Positions 28,696-38,597 of a stretch of DNA of 64,000 bases are shown piece after piece. The DNA lies in NCBI GenBank assembly GCA_963835065.1, contig CAWIEK010000054.1, positions 79,062 to 143,061 of the forward strand. The letters run 5' to 3'. The notes under the pieces were generated by a model. The model was not told the origin of the DNA. It saw only the letters and a list, made by a program, of their open reading frames with translations, and ran no database searches. Every line of letters begins with the position of its first letter. Positions within the stretch are counted from its first letter, which is position 1. The position numbers were made by a program, and so were the translations under genes. Source of the stretch: an uncultured Chthonomonadaceae bacterium. GTDB lineage: Bacteria; Armatimonadota; Chthonomonadetes; Chthonomonadales; Chthonomonadaceae.

Positions 28696-29757
28696 CTAAG
28701 TTGCTGGCAATGTAAAATTCGGTTTGCGCTTGTAGCGGTCAGTGAGTGGCAGTCCAATTACAGCAAGCAGGGTAAGCGCGCCGTACAGTCCCAACATTGC
28801 GCGTCCGTAGAACGCTGCATTGGAAAGGGTTGTTCGCGCCGTGTGGGGATAATCCGGCAGATACAGCAAACGGATGCGGCTTCCTGTTGGCGTTTGCTCG
28901 TAAACAACATCCGTCACTTTGTCTTTGATTTGATACGTTTTGCCGTTGACCTGATATTCGACTTTAAGGTAGTTCTGCTTGCCGCGTCGCCTGTCAATTA
29001 CCGTTCCCGTTGCAGGCAGACCCTGCGCTTGCAGCATCTGCCCAATAATCGCGTCCGGGGCCGTCAGCAACAGCAGCATGAGCATCATTCCGCCTAATGC
29101 CAGCCGACGCAGAACGTGCTGTTGCCGACGCGGATAGCGGCTGTTGCGCTCCCGGTTTTCCGGCAGTGTGCCGTCTTCGGAGGGTATGTTTAAGGCGGAA
29201 GCAAGGGGCGCAATTTGCTGCATAGCGGCTTCCGGGGTTTTGGCAAGGCCGAGCAGAACATCATTGCGCCTGCGAACATCGCCGTTGCCAACTAGAAATA
29301 CGCTGCGGCTGTCATCCGATTTCCAGGCAAGCAGCGCATGGTACGACGGACGGTTGTTTTGCCGCTTGTACGCTTGTGTATACAGGCAGCGAATATCATC
29401 CCTCGGCCCGGTTTGCCACTTCGCCAGCAGGGGGAAGCCGCGCCGGAAACGATACGCGCCTGTCAGCAAATCAACAATCAGTTCTTCAGGCCCGGCTGTG
29501 TACCAAAGCAACAGCGGAACAAACAGCGTCAGCAACAGGTACAACATCAACGCCCCACGCCCAACGATTTCGACGGGAGCCATGTCCTGCCATGCTTGTC
29601 TGGTAAGCACATTCGACAACGACGCCATCACTAATGCAAGCGCGCCCACGAAAAGCAACGCCGTTACGCCGCTGCACACGCGGAAGGTCAGGGGCTTGCA
29701 GTACACAATTTCGCGCTCGTTACTGACAACAACTTTCATGTCGCGCCTCATCAGCAC
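28696..29757 (-). CDS. Membrane protein with C-terminal DUF3592-like domain
   Basis: Four TM segments; ATGTV...VEYQVNG..Y...IRLLYLPDYP pattern. Confidence 0.6.
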   Translation of the reverse strand: MLMRRDMKVVVSNEREIVYCKPLTFRVCSGVTALLFVGALALVMASLSNVLTRQAWQDMAPVEIVGRGALMLYLLLTLFVPLLLWYTAGPEELIVDLLTGAYRFRRGFPLLAKWQTGPRDDIRCLYTQAYKRQNNRPSYHALLAWKSDDSRSVFLVGNGDVRRRNDVLLGLAKTPEAAMQQIAPLASALNIPSEDGTLPENRERNSRYPRRQQHVLRRLALGGMMLMLLLLTAPDAIIGQMLQAQGLPATGTVIDRRRGKQNYLKVEYQVNGKTYQIKDKVTDVVYEQTPTGSRIRLLYLPDYPHTARTTLSNAAFYGRAMLGLYGALTLLAVIGLPLTDRYKRKPNFTLPAT

Positions 29758-29818
29758 CTACACCGTTTGAGTTTTGGCGGTGCGTGGCTTAAACCTAATA
29801 TTATGGTCGCCGGAATAA

Positions 29819-29911
29819 GAATCTATCCCATTAGGCGTGGTATCCGCGTCCGCAGGACGCTTGTACTTTCCTGCCGGGTACTTTCAGTACCCGGCCAATT
29901 AGGACAGGTTC
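29819..29911. mobile_element. 93-bp MITE, copy 2
   Basis: Same length and internal GACGCTTG.ACTTTCCTGCCGGGTA..TACCCGGCCAATT as 1626-1718; TAA on both sides. Confidence 0.85.
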
Positions 29912-30140
29912 TAAGCAAGCGCCCTGCCCCGTGTCCCGCGCAGTGCCAACAGCAACCCTCCCGCAAAAACAATCTCTAAAAAAGACAGAAAAAAAGCCAA
30001 ACAACGCGAAAAGAATGAACTCTTTGCCCTACACAGCCGTCTAATAAATAGAATAAAGTCTACTATACAGACAAAAAGGTTGAACGTTGGCAGTTTTTAT
30101 CAACTCTCAACCTAAAACCAATACCGTTCAAATAAGCGGT

Positions 30141-30249
30141 GGTAGGGACACAACTTGTTGTGTCCTCTTGCGGTCGTTGTGTCCTCTTGCGGTCGTTGTG
30201 TCCTCTTGCGGTAGATGAGAGCGCGGACACAACTTGTTGTGTCCCTACC
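30141..30249. repeat. GTAG-type REP-like palindrome with internal 19-bp x3 repeat
   Basis: GGTAGGGACACAAC...GTTGTGTCCCTACC; GTTGTGTCCTCTTGCGGT three times. Confidence 0.75.
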
Positions 30250-30275
30250 ATGTTCTTTTTGAGGGGAAAAGTGCC

Positions 30276-30861
30276 TTATTTGAACGGTATTGGGTCTAGC
30301 TCCTGATGCCGCGCCGCCACGTCGGGCAAGTACCACCCCGGCGGAGGACGCGCACGGCGGACGCGCTTGCCAACGTCAAAGACGCCATGCCGCGCCAGGA
30401 GGCGGTTGATGGTCGGCACCGAGGGCACCGAACTCACCCCGGCGGGGTCGGTGGGAGCCACACCCAAGAGCCGTTCGCGGCGAATGGCTTGCGCGCCGTA
30501 CTCGCCCAGGTCGCTGCTTTGCGCCAACGCGGTGCGCAGCATCAGCACTTGCTCTTCGACCGACAGAGCCGTTTTGTTGGCAATCGTGTGCGGGCTGTGC
30601 GAAGTATCGCGCCAATCTACTTGTTCTAAGGGCAAGTCGCCCGCCCGTGCCAGCCAACGCGGCACCGGCAGCAGGCTCACGCCGAAGGTACGCGCCACCC
30701 CGCGTTGAGACTGGGCGGCGCGTACGGCAGCCACCCTATCTTGGCGGCGGTTGCGGGAGGTGCGTTTTTGTTCAGGGCACAACCTTTCTGGGTTTCCCTA
30801 CTATTGTGCCTGACTTGCATCCGCTGAGACACGACTGACTTGTATCTGATGATACTTGTCT
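30276..30861 (-). mobile_element. IS remnant (IS481-like): left end + truncated transposase N-terminus
   Basis: HTH VARTFGVS..RWL, GAQAI, VPSVPTINRLL; end repeats CTGACTTGYAT matching 63263-63333. Confidence 0.75.
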
Positions 30862-30957
30862 GATAAGAGATAAGAGAGTGGTTTATGTAACTTGTATGTA
30901 GAGTCTGAGTAAGCTTTTTCCTCTTATCTCTTATCTCTTATTTCTTATCTCCCGCCT

Positions 30958-33240
30958 TCAAATCAAATGCCGCTCCAAGTACGTGGCATATAGGCGGCAG
31001 CGCAGGTGCGCGTCCTGCGGGGTTGTGCCACCCAATAAACCGGCGGCGCGCAAGCGGTAAAAACTGATGTGGCTGGTGCAGGGATTGCCGCGCAGCAGGT
31101 TGCGCACCACGTCCATGAGCATGTCGTCCTGCGACAGCGACACGAGCAGGCGGCGCAGGTGGTCGCCGAACGGCCCGTCGTCCTGCGCCGATTGCGTTCG
31201 CAGGGTCTCTATATCCAGTTCCTTGCTCACCAACTGATCCAGGGCGCAGCGCAGCAGGTAGGGCTGGCCGCCCACCAGATCGTATAAGGCTTGGACTTCC
31301 TGCGCGTTGCGCAGGGGCTGGCCGTAGCGCCGGTTGAGTTCCTCGGCCTGTTCCAGCGTGAAATCCTGAAGTGTCAGGCGCGTGCCCACGTTGAACGGCG
31401 ATTGGTTGAGGTCGGTAATGAACAAGTGCGCTTCCGTCGCATACGCGATTGCCAATGTCAGCTTGCCCCAGGGACCGGTCGGGTCCAGCGAACGCTCGTT
31501 GTGCCACGAGCGAAACAGGCCGAATACTTCGCTGCCGAAGTCGCACGTAAACAATCGGTCTACCTCGTCCATCGCCCACACGACGGGCTTGTCGCTTTTT
31601 GCCAGCACTTCCCGCCGCAGATAGCGCTCGAAATTGACGTTGGGGCCGCGCTTGGCGTTCCACACGTCTTCGGGCAGGGTGTCCAAATCCAGTTGGTCGG
31701 CGATCATTTCGGCCAGCGTCAGGAACAGGGTATCGGCGGAAACCAGATGCGCGGTATTGAGTTTTTGAAAGTCGGTGCGGATGCACAGCGCGCCCATTTC
31801 GCGCGCCTGCTGCAAGCCGCGCGCCAGCAGGCTGGTCTTGCCCATCTGCCGCGCGCCCTTGACCAGCACAATGCTGTCGTGGCGACGCACGGCGGTGGTA
31901 AATTCCTCGTCCGTGCGGCGCACCAGGTAAAAGGCCGAGTCGAGAGGAACCGCGCCGCCAACGGCTTCCAGTTGGCTGACGGGCGCGGGCGGCGCGGGCG
32001 GTTCGGGAGCGCGCAGGGCATTCCGCATGGCGTCGGTAAGCGCGGCATCGTCTGCCGGGCTTTTCCACGAGGCATGGTGCAGGGATTCCACAAACGACGC
32101 AATCGCGTCAGGCAGGGGCGTGGAAATTTTGATATACACGGGCAGCAGGCGCGGACGCGCGGGCAGGCCGTTGACAGCCTGTTTTTGCGCCTCGTTTTGC
32201 GCGGTTTGCAGTTCGAACTCGACCATTTCGCTTTGCGCCGAGGCTTCGGAAATCAGCGCGATCACCACGTCCGACGAGCGGATGCGCTGTTCGATTTCTT
32301 CGGCCCACTGAACGCCGATTTTCAATTGCCGATCTATGAACAGGTCATGCTCCGGCTTCAGGGCCGTTTCCAGCAGCGCGCGGACGTACTCGTCATCAGG
32401 CGCGTTGCGCTTGTAAATCAGCGTTATCTTCAGCGCTTGCGCCGCCACATTTCCGGGCGCGGGCGTTGCGGCAGGAGGCGTTGCTGACGCCGCAGAATGG
32501 GCTGCGGATGTGAGTGTGGACGCGGTAGGAATTGTGGGAACGGCAGGAACAACCGGCGCGGGCGTTTCGGTTTTGGAAGTCGGCACGAGCGCGGGGGATG
32601 TGTTGGCCGGGGCGGTACTAGCGGCGGGAACGTTGGCTTGCGGTTTCGCAGGTTGGGCGCTGACGCGGGCAACGCGGGGCGGCGCGGGGTTGCCGACCTG
32701 TTCCATGCACAGATTGAACAGGCGCATCGTCCGGTCATGCTTGATTTCATACTCGCCCAGGTCGTACAGCGACCCCGCCCAACTGCTGAACTGCCGCATC
32801 ACGTCGGCGCAGGTTTGCGACAGCAGGATATGCCCGGCTTCCCCGCAATTCATCACGCGCTGCGCCATGTTGATGCCGTCGCCGTACACGTTTTCGTTGC
32901 CGTTGATGTCTTTGGTGCGCGACACCAACCCGCTGTTGATGCCCATGCGCAGCCGCACTTCCGGGTGGTCATTGAGCGCGCGGGCCAGTTCCGCCGCGCA
33001 TTGCACCGGGGCAGTCGGGTCACGGAAAAACACCAGCGCCAGGCCATCTCCCGTGTCGAGGGAAATCAGGTTGCCCCGCGCCTGCGCCCGCTGAAACTCC
33101 ATCGTATTGCGCACCACGTTTTGCAGCGTGGCGACCGCCTGCGTTTGATCGTCAATGGTAGGCAGCAGGGAATAGCCCACAATATCCATAAACAGGATGT
33201 GAGCATACTCCGTTGTCAGCCGGTCAAGTTCGTGATTCAT
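30958..33240 (-). CDS. Class III nucleotide cyclase - TIR - AAA_35 NTPase fusion
   Basis: [33 protein letters not shown]-like [49 protein letters not shown]. Confidence 0.85.
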   Translation of the reverse strand: MNHELDRLTTEYAHILFMDIVGYSLLPTIDDQTQAVATLQNVVRNTMEFQRAQARGNLISLDTGDGLALVFFRDPTAPVQCAAELARALNDHPEVRLRMGINSGLVSRTKDINGNENVYGDGINMAQRVMNCGEAGHILLSQTCADVMRQFSSWAGSLYDLGEYEIKHDRTMRLFNLCMEQVGNPAPPRVARVSAQPAKPQANVPAASTAPANTSPALVPTSKTETPAPVVPAVPTIPTASTLTSAAHSAASATPPAATPAPGNVAAQALKITLIYKRNAPDDEYVRALLETALKPEHDLFIDRQLKIGVQWAEEIEQRIRSSDVVIALISEASAQSEMVEFELQTAQNEAQKQAVNGLPARPRLLPVYIKISTPLPDAIASFVESLHHASWKSPADDAALTDAMRNALRAPEPPAPPAPVSQLEAVGGAVPLDSAFYLVRRTDEEFTTAVRRHDSIVLVKGARQMGKTSLLARGLQQAREMGALCIRTDFQKLNTAHLVSADTLFLTLAEMIADQLDLDTLPEDVWNAKRGPNVNFERYLRREVLAKSDKPVVWAMDEVDRLFTCDFGSEVFGLFRSWHNERSLDPTGPWGKLTLAIAYATEAHLFITDLNQSPFNVGTRLTLQDFTLEQAEELNRRYGQPLRNAQEVQALYDLVGGQPYLLRCALDQLVSKELDIETLRTQSAQDDGPFGDHLRRLLVSLSQDDMLMDVVRNLLRGNPCTSHISFYRLRAAGLLGGTTPQDAHLRCRLYATYLERHLI

Positions 33241-33277
33241 AAAACATAACCTTTTTTACAGGAGGTCTGCTGTAGCG

Positions 33278-34606
33278 TTAATGTTCCCGATAAATGTTGA
33301 GATGATGCTCTTTGAGAAATGGCGCGCGCTCCTGCACCCGGTTGGGAACGAGGGATAAACCCGACCCCGCCCCGTAGTTCAGCAGCAGCATCTGCGCTTC
33401 TACAGGTTTGATAGCATGGTACTGCTGGCTGAAAACGCCGATGCCTTTCAGGGAATTTATCGCCAGTACCAAACCGGCGGCGACAAGAACCTGCTTGCTC
33501 CCTTTACCCCATTGCGCCGTTTTCAGCGTCGCTTCCCCCTGCCGTATCGCCAGATACCCTAATGTCAGCGTGGCGATCCAGAACAATTCGGAAATCGTCA
33601 GGTAGCGCGACGACATCGCCTGTTTGGCCCCAAATCCCGCGCGGCCAACCGTGCTGACAAGCGCGCTGAGAAGCGCATACAGCGCATACGCCAGATAAGG
33701 AGCCACCACAGCAAGCGGAATCTGCCCCGACGCGCGCAGCCGACGTAACGCGAGGCTGAAAAGCGCCAGTCCGATTATGCCCATCGGAACGCCGATAAGC
33801 GGTGTGTCCTTGAGGCTGATAAACGCGCCGATGTAGCTCAGGAAGTACGCGACGGCAGCGCCCGGATGCTGAAGCACGGCCAGCAGTGGCGGACTGTCGG
33901 ACGGCTTGGCATAGTGGTAAAAGTAGGAAGCCATCGTCAGGACGGCGCAAACGCTCCAGGCGGCGAAACGGAGTTGAAACGCTTTATCGCGGGGGGAAAT
34001 CAGAAGTAAAAAACCGCCGACAAGCCAGAACAGCAGGCCGTTGGCAAACGAATAGGTGGCGACAATGGCGCAAAGAATCGCGGCCATCAGGCGCGGCCAG
34101 GTTCGCGTGGGATGCGTCAGCAGGGCAATACCGGCCACAACCGCCAGAATATTCAAAAAGATTTGAAGCTGCCAGCCCCACATCCAGTTCTGACTCTGGC
34201 GCAGGGAAAACACGATAATGCCGATGACAGGGAACAGCCAGATAAGCGTATTGTCTTGAAGGGCTTGCCTTGTCTGTCGAATCTGATAGCCGATCACGCC
34301 CAAAATGGCAACAGCAAACAGCAGGCTCGTGGTCAGTTCCCAGCGCAAATCCCAATCGCTCATGTGGGCTAAGGCCAGCATAATCAGGCGCGGAAACACA
34401 AGGCGATGCTCGTTATGCTGCGCCCACAGGTCGCCGAATGTCAGTTGCCCTTGATACGACTTTAGCAGCGCGGGCACGAAGTCCCATTGGTCTATCATCG
34501 GGACGGCAATCACATAATGCAGCGTCAGAAACGCCAGCAGCGCGAAGCAGGCGCAGGGGATGCCGAAAATCAGAACCCGGTCACGAAGTGAGATACGCCG
34601 CTCCAT
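33278..34606 (-). CDS. Polytopic membrane protein (putative GT-C fold)
   Basis: ~11 TM; DQWD...QHNEHRLVFPRL loop; GRAGFG..SSRY. Confidence 0.7.
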   Translation of the reverse strand: MERRISLRDRVLIFGIPCACFALLAFLTLHYVIAVPMIDQWDFVPALLKSYQGQLTFGDLWAQHNEHRLVFPRLIMLALAHMSDWDLRWELTTSLLFAVAILGVIGYQIRQTRQALQDNTLIWLFPVIGIIVFSLRQSQNWMWGWQLQIFLNILAVVAGIALLTHPTRTWPRLMAAILCAIVATYSFANGLLFWLVGGFLLLISPRDKAFQLRFAAWSVCAVLTMASYFYHYAKPSDSPPLLAVLQHPGAAVAYFLSYIGAFISLKDTPLIGVPMGIIGLALFSLALRRLRASGQIPLAVVAPYLAYALYALLSALVSTVGRAGFGAKQAMSSRYLTISELFWIATLTLGYLAIRQGEATLKTAQWGKGSKQVLVAAGLVLAINSLKGIGVFSQQYHAIKPVEAQMLLLNYGAGSGLSLVPNRVQERAPFLKEHHLNIYREH

Positions 34607-34653
34607 TTATTATGATAATCCTTGCTGATTGCCGGGTGTGTTTTACTAGATTG

Positions 34654-35439
34654 TTATTTTTGTCCGCAGGTAATCACGAACGTGCCGAACCAGCGTCCCA
34701 AGCCGATACGCTCCCAAATCCAATCTCCCACATTATAGGCTGTCAGGAACGTGTTGATTAGTTTGGGCGCGACGGCGCGGTAGGGAAGATCGGATTGGCC
34801 GCGCTGCCGAATATGCTGCAAGCCGGCGGATTCAAAGGCGCGATGGAGGCTGCGCGGCAGGAGGGGCCGCTCGTTGGGGCTGACGCCCTGCGGCAGATAC
34901 AGCGGGCTTTTGGGGTGCCGGAACAGCGCCATTGCGGGATGCAGCACATTGGGATCGAAGGCGAACGCGAAGCCACCGGGTTTCAGAACGCGCTGCGCTT
35001 CCCGCACGGCCAGCCCGTAATCAGGAATATGGTGCAGGACGCTGCTGAAAGCCACCACATCGAAACGGTTGTCTTCAAACGGCAGTTCACAGGCGTTGGC
35101 GCGCAGCCACGTATTGTCCGGGTACTTGCGGCGCGCGACCACAAGGGCTTCTTCGGAAAGGTCAATGCCCGTATAGGCACGAGCATGAGCGATATAAAGC
35201 TGGCGCGACTGCCCAGTTCCGCAGCCCACGTCCAGAATGTCAAGAGGCGTTTGCGTGGGAACCCAGGCAGCGAAGCGATTGGCAAGCGTCTGCCAGCCGC
35301 GCTCCTGAAAGGGATTGAATTCCCCTTCGCCGCTTACCAGGCTGTCAAAATACGCGCTTTCCGAATCGGCGATTGCAACAACCGCCTTCGTATCCATCGG
35401 AGTGGAAGGGGGTGACTTGTAGGAAGCTTGTTTTGTCAT
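34654..35439 (-). CDS. Class I SAM-dependent methyltransferase
   Basis: LDVGCGTG, LPFEDNRFD, RVLKPGG. Confidence 0.9.
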   Translation of the reverse strand: MTKQASYKSPPSTPMDTKAVVAIADSESAYFDSLVSGEGEFNPFQERGWQTLANRFAAWVPTQTPLDILDVGCGTGQSRQLYIAHARAYTGIDLSEEALVVARRKYPDNTWLRANACELPFEDNRFDVVAFSSVLHHIPDYGLAVREAQRVLKPGGFAFAFDPNVLHPAMALFRHPKSPLYLPQGVSPNERPLLPRSLHRAFESAGLQHIRQRGQSDLPYRAVAPKLINTFLTAYNVGDWIWERIGLGRWFGTFVITCGQK

Positions 35440-35491
35440 ATCCGTATAAATAATCCTCAACACTATGTTTCTGACCGGGCCATTGCGCGAC

Positions 35492-37618
35492 TCACTTGTC
35501 GGAGGGGCTGCCTGGTGACTGCCACTGCTCCGGCAACAACAACTCTCTCATCTCAGCAGACGACAACGGCTGCCCAATCTGTGAAGGGCCGGAAAGAATG
35601 TTGATTTCTACCCGATTCTCCGCCCATAAACCGTTTCTCGAGTATTGCAGCACAAGGAAGCTGTGGACGCGCCTTTTTGCCGCTCCGCCATAAAGGGTAA
35701 GCGCATCGTGGGTATCTTTAAGGACAGGGTCTATCAGGAAGAAGCATTTCGCCATCTCCGTCGGCAGTAAGAAGCGATCTGTAGTCCCATCCGTCATTTC
35801 CGTTATCAGGTAAGTGGGATTGGGACGCAGAACCGCGCTGCGTATCTTGCCTGCAAGGGTCGGTTTTATTTGCAGCGAGACCAGATGCCATTGCGCGCCG
35901 TCGTCCAAAGGAATGTGTTCCCAAAACTGTGCCACGCGCTGCGTCTGTGTTAATGCTTTTGCCGGGAGAGACGGAGCGATAGCCCGGCGCGTGGGCTGCT
36001 GCGTATTTCGGGTGAGCAGCAGGAATCCTTTTTCCACCGCGACAGGATGGTACTGCTGCCAGAGTACGGAAAGCGCATCCGAATCATCCAGCATGGGTGG
36101 GCGTCCGTCAATGGTTTCAAGCCGCAACAGGACATAGCGCGGCGCGTTCGCGCCCCGATAGAAATCGCCGTTCAATTTTAGCAGATAGGGAGAGAAAGCG
36201 CAGTAGCTCTGGTAAACGGGACGAGAAGCAAAGTTCCAGCCGTTCAGGAAGGCAATAAATTGGCTATATCCGGGCACGTCAATTGTGGAATTGCCGACGA
36301 TGGCGTTGATGCGAGGCAGGTTCCATATCCGCGCTTCCTCAGCATAGCGCGCTTCCATATCCTGTTTATACGCATTAGGCATAAACACAAACTTCGCGCT
36401 CTCGATAGTGTGCCGCCAAAAGTAGAGGTTGATGTCAGTGGGCCACTTCAGGGTGATGTTCACGCCAAACCAGCAGGCAATCAGGCTGGCCGCCACAAGC
36501 GTCCGGCATTTGCGGGAAAGCGGACGGTAGGCGCCAAACGCGACCGGGGCAAGGAAGAAGGCGGCTATGATGCTGCCGAAAAAAGCCGCCGGATGGGTGT
36601 CGTTGCGCACAAAGCCATGCTTGTATATCTGCAAAAAAAAGAGGGCAAACAACGCTGCCAGGGGAACGTTGCGCCGGGCGCTGTCTTTGTTTATCTGCCA
36701 CACAAGATAGGCCAGGGCCGCCAGAACCAGCACGCCCAGGAAAGTCATGGACTCGCCGAACGAGACGCCCATCGCCTGCATGTAGGCGGCGCTCATCAAA
36801 GTCGTATTCTTGAAGTAGGCAGGCAGGTCGGAAAGGCGCTGGCCCAGCAGAAGCCAGAGGGATAAACAGCCGAGGAGATAGGCCGCTAACAGCGCCAGCG
36901 AGGAGCGGCTGCGCCTGGCGCCACCCGCTATAACCGCAAAAGCGATGATCTGCCCCGACATGATTAAAAACGAAAACTTCAGAAACGACAGCGCGACCAG
37001 CAGAGCAACATCAATACCCACAGCAAGCGGCTTACGCGGCTTGGTGTCCAGCAAAAATGTGGCAATAATCAATAACAGCAGATAATAGACTGCATCATCG
37101 AGAAACGACAGAAACATTGCGGAAGCCACAACGATGCCAATGCGCGTTGTAATAGCGGGATAGCGCAGGCAAATCTGGACTATTTTAGCCGTTATAAAGC
37201 CACTGAGGATAATCTCCCATGCCCACTGGAACCGGAACAGAGAGCCGTCATAAACATTTCTGTAGAAAAAGGCGAGCAAGCCGGTGGGGAATATATAATC
37301 AACGCCCGCGCGCCAGGAATGTTTGAGAAAATAGCCGTTGCTGTAGTGCCAGGAAACGTCCAGATAGCGTTTCGCAAATACGGGCACAAACGGGGACTGG
37401 ATCAGTTGAAGCCACAAAAACACAATCATCGCTACAAACAATAACTGCATCGGCTCACTGGCAAGATGTTTCCAGCCGAGAGCGTGAGCCGAGCCGGATT
37501 GATTTTCGCCGGCTCCTGCCTGTTCGCCAGTCCGCAGCGCGTTTGGCGCTTCCGCTTCCGCTTCCACTTTCGGCATTACCTTATGGTGAGGAACCAACTC
37601 GCTCATGACGTCTTCCAA
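35492..37618 (-). CDS. Polytopic membrane protein with large extracytoplasmic domain (putative GT-C)
   Basis: LDVSW, GVDYIFPTGLL, KHGFVRND.H, RPVYQSY, IDGR; paralog of 42741-44772. Confidence 0.75.
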   Translation of the reverse strand: MEDVMSELVPHHKVMPKVEAEAEAPNALRTGEQAGAGENQSGSAHALGWKHLASEPMQLLFVAMIVFLWLQLIQSPFVPVFAKRYLDVSWHYSNGYFLKHSWRAGVDYIFPTGLLAFFYRNVYDGSLFRFQWAWEIILSGFITAKIVQICLRYPAITTRIGIVVASAMFLSFLDDAVYYLLLLIIATFLLDTKPRKPLAVGIDVALLVALSFLKFSFLIMSGQIIAFAVIAGGARRSRSSLALLAAYLLGCLSLWLLLGQRLSDLPAYFKNTTLMSAAYMQAMGVSFGESMTFLGVLVLAALAYLVWQINKDSARRNVPLAALFALFFLQIYKHGFVRNDTHPAAFFGSIIAAFFLAPVAFGAYRPLSRKCRTLVAASLIACWFGVNITLKWPTDINLYFWRHTIESAKFVFMPNAYKQDMEARYAEEARIWNLPRINAIVGNSTIDVPGYSQFIAFLNGWNFASRPVYQSYCAFSPYLLKLNGDFYRGANAPRYVLLRLETIDGRPPMLDDSDALSVLWQQYHPVAVEKGFLLLTRNTQQPTRRAIAPSLPAKALTQTQRVAQFWEHIPLDDGAQWHLVSLQIKPTLAGKIRSAVLRPNPTYLITEMTDGTTDRFLLPTEMAKCFFLIDPVLKDTHDALTLYGGAAKRRVHSFLVLQYSRNGLWAENRVEINILSGPSQIGQPLSSAEMRELLLPEQWQSPGSPSDK

Positions 37619-37636
37619 TACCCCGCGCGTTACGAA

Positions 37637-38476
37637 TTACGACTGTGACGGGGAGGCGACTTCCGCCTCCGCGCTCCGCGCCGTCTGATTGGTCTGCAGC
37701 GATTTATGTTTGGCCTGCGTGTCTCGATGATAATCGCGCTTTGACAGCAGTTTCTCCAGATACACGTACAAAACGATGAACAGGTAGCGGCTCCCCATCT
37801 CCTTGATCTTCAGTTTGGACACGCCCACGTCGCGGTTTGTCCAGGAAATCGGCACGATGGTATAATTGTACCCGCGCACAATGGCTTTCAGGGGCAATTC
37901 TACCGTTAAGTTGAAGTGGTAGGAGATGAGGGGCTGCAAGCCGTCCATTACGTCGCGCCGGTAGCACTTGAAAGCGTTGGTAATGTCGTTGTAGGGCAGG
38001 CGGAAAAGGCGCTTGATGAACCAGTTGGCAAGCCGGTTGACGATCAGCTTGAACTGCGGATAGTCATTGATTTTGCTGCCCTTGATGAAGCGCGAGCCGA
38101 ACACGCACTCGTACCCCTCGCGCATTTTCGCGTAGTACGTGGCGATGTCCTGCGGGCTGTCGGAAAGATCGGCCATAACCACGCACACGCACTCGCCCCG
38201 GTAATTTTCCAGCCCCCTGCGCACGGCAAAGCCGAAACCATGCGGGGGCGTGTTGTTGATGTAGCGCAGAATCCCCGGATAGCGGCGCGACAAATCCTGT
38301 AAGATCGCCTCCGTGCCGTCGGAACTGTTGTCATTGATAACCAGAACTTCGATGTCGGACACGCCCCGACGCTCGAATTCCTCAATGATGCTGACGCAGG
38401 TGCGCTCGATGCACCCCTCTTCGTTGTGCGCCGGCATGACAATAGAAAAGTAGGGAAGACCATTTGTGGTTGACAT
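37637..38476 (-). CDS. GT2 polyprenol-phosphate glycosyltransferase (DPM1-like)
   Basis: PAHNEE, NDNSSDGT, MADLSD, FGSRF. Confidence 0.9.
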   Translation of the reverse strand: MSTTNGLPYFSIVMPAHNEEGCIERTCVSIIEEFERRGVSDIEVLVINDNSSDGTEAILQDLSRRYPGILRYINNTPPHGFGFAVRRGLENYRGECVCVVMADLSDSPQDIATYYAKMREGYECVFGSRFIKGSKINDYPQFKLIVNRLANWFIKRLFRLPYNDITNAFKCYRRDVMDGLQPLISYHFNLTVELPLKAIVRGYNYTIVPISWTNRDVGVSKLKIKEMGSRYLFIVLYVYLEKLLSKRDYHRDTQAKHKSLQTNQTARSAEAEVASPSQS

Positions 38477-38597
38477 GAAGCGACTCCTGTGGCAATCAAA
38501 TCCTGCATTTTATGCGGCGAGAAATACGTCTGTCCTGATACGGCGCAGGGCGCTTTACACAGGCGCGAAGCCTCGGCGCGTTCCAAAACGGCGACGG

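Noticed and set aside
30141..30249. CRISPR-like repeats
   Set aside because: Units are contiguous with no unique spacers and no cas genes
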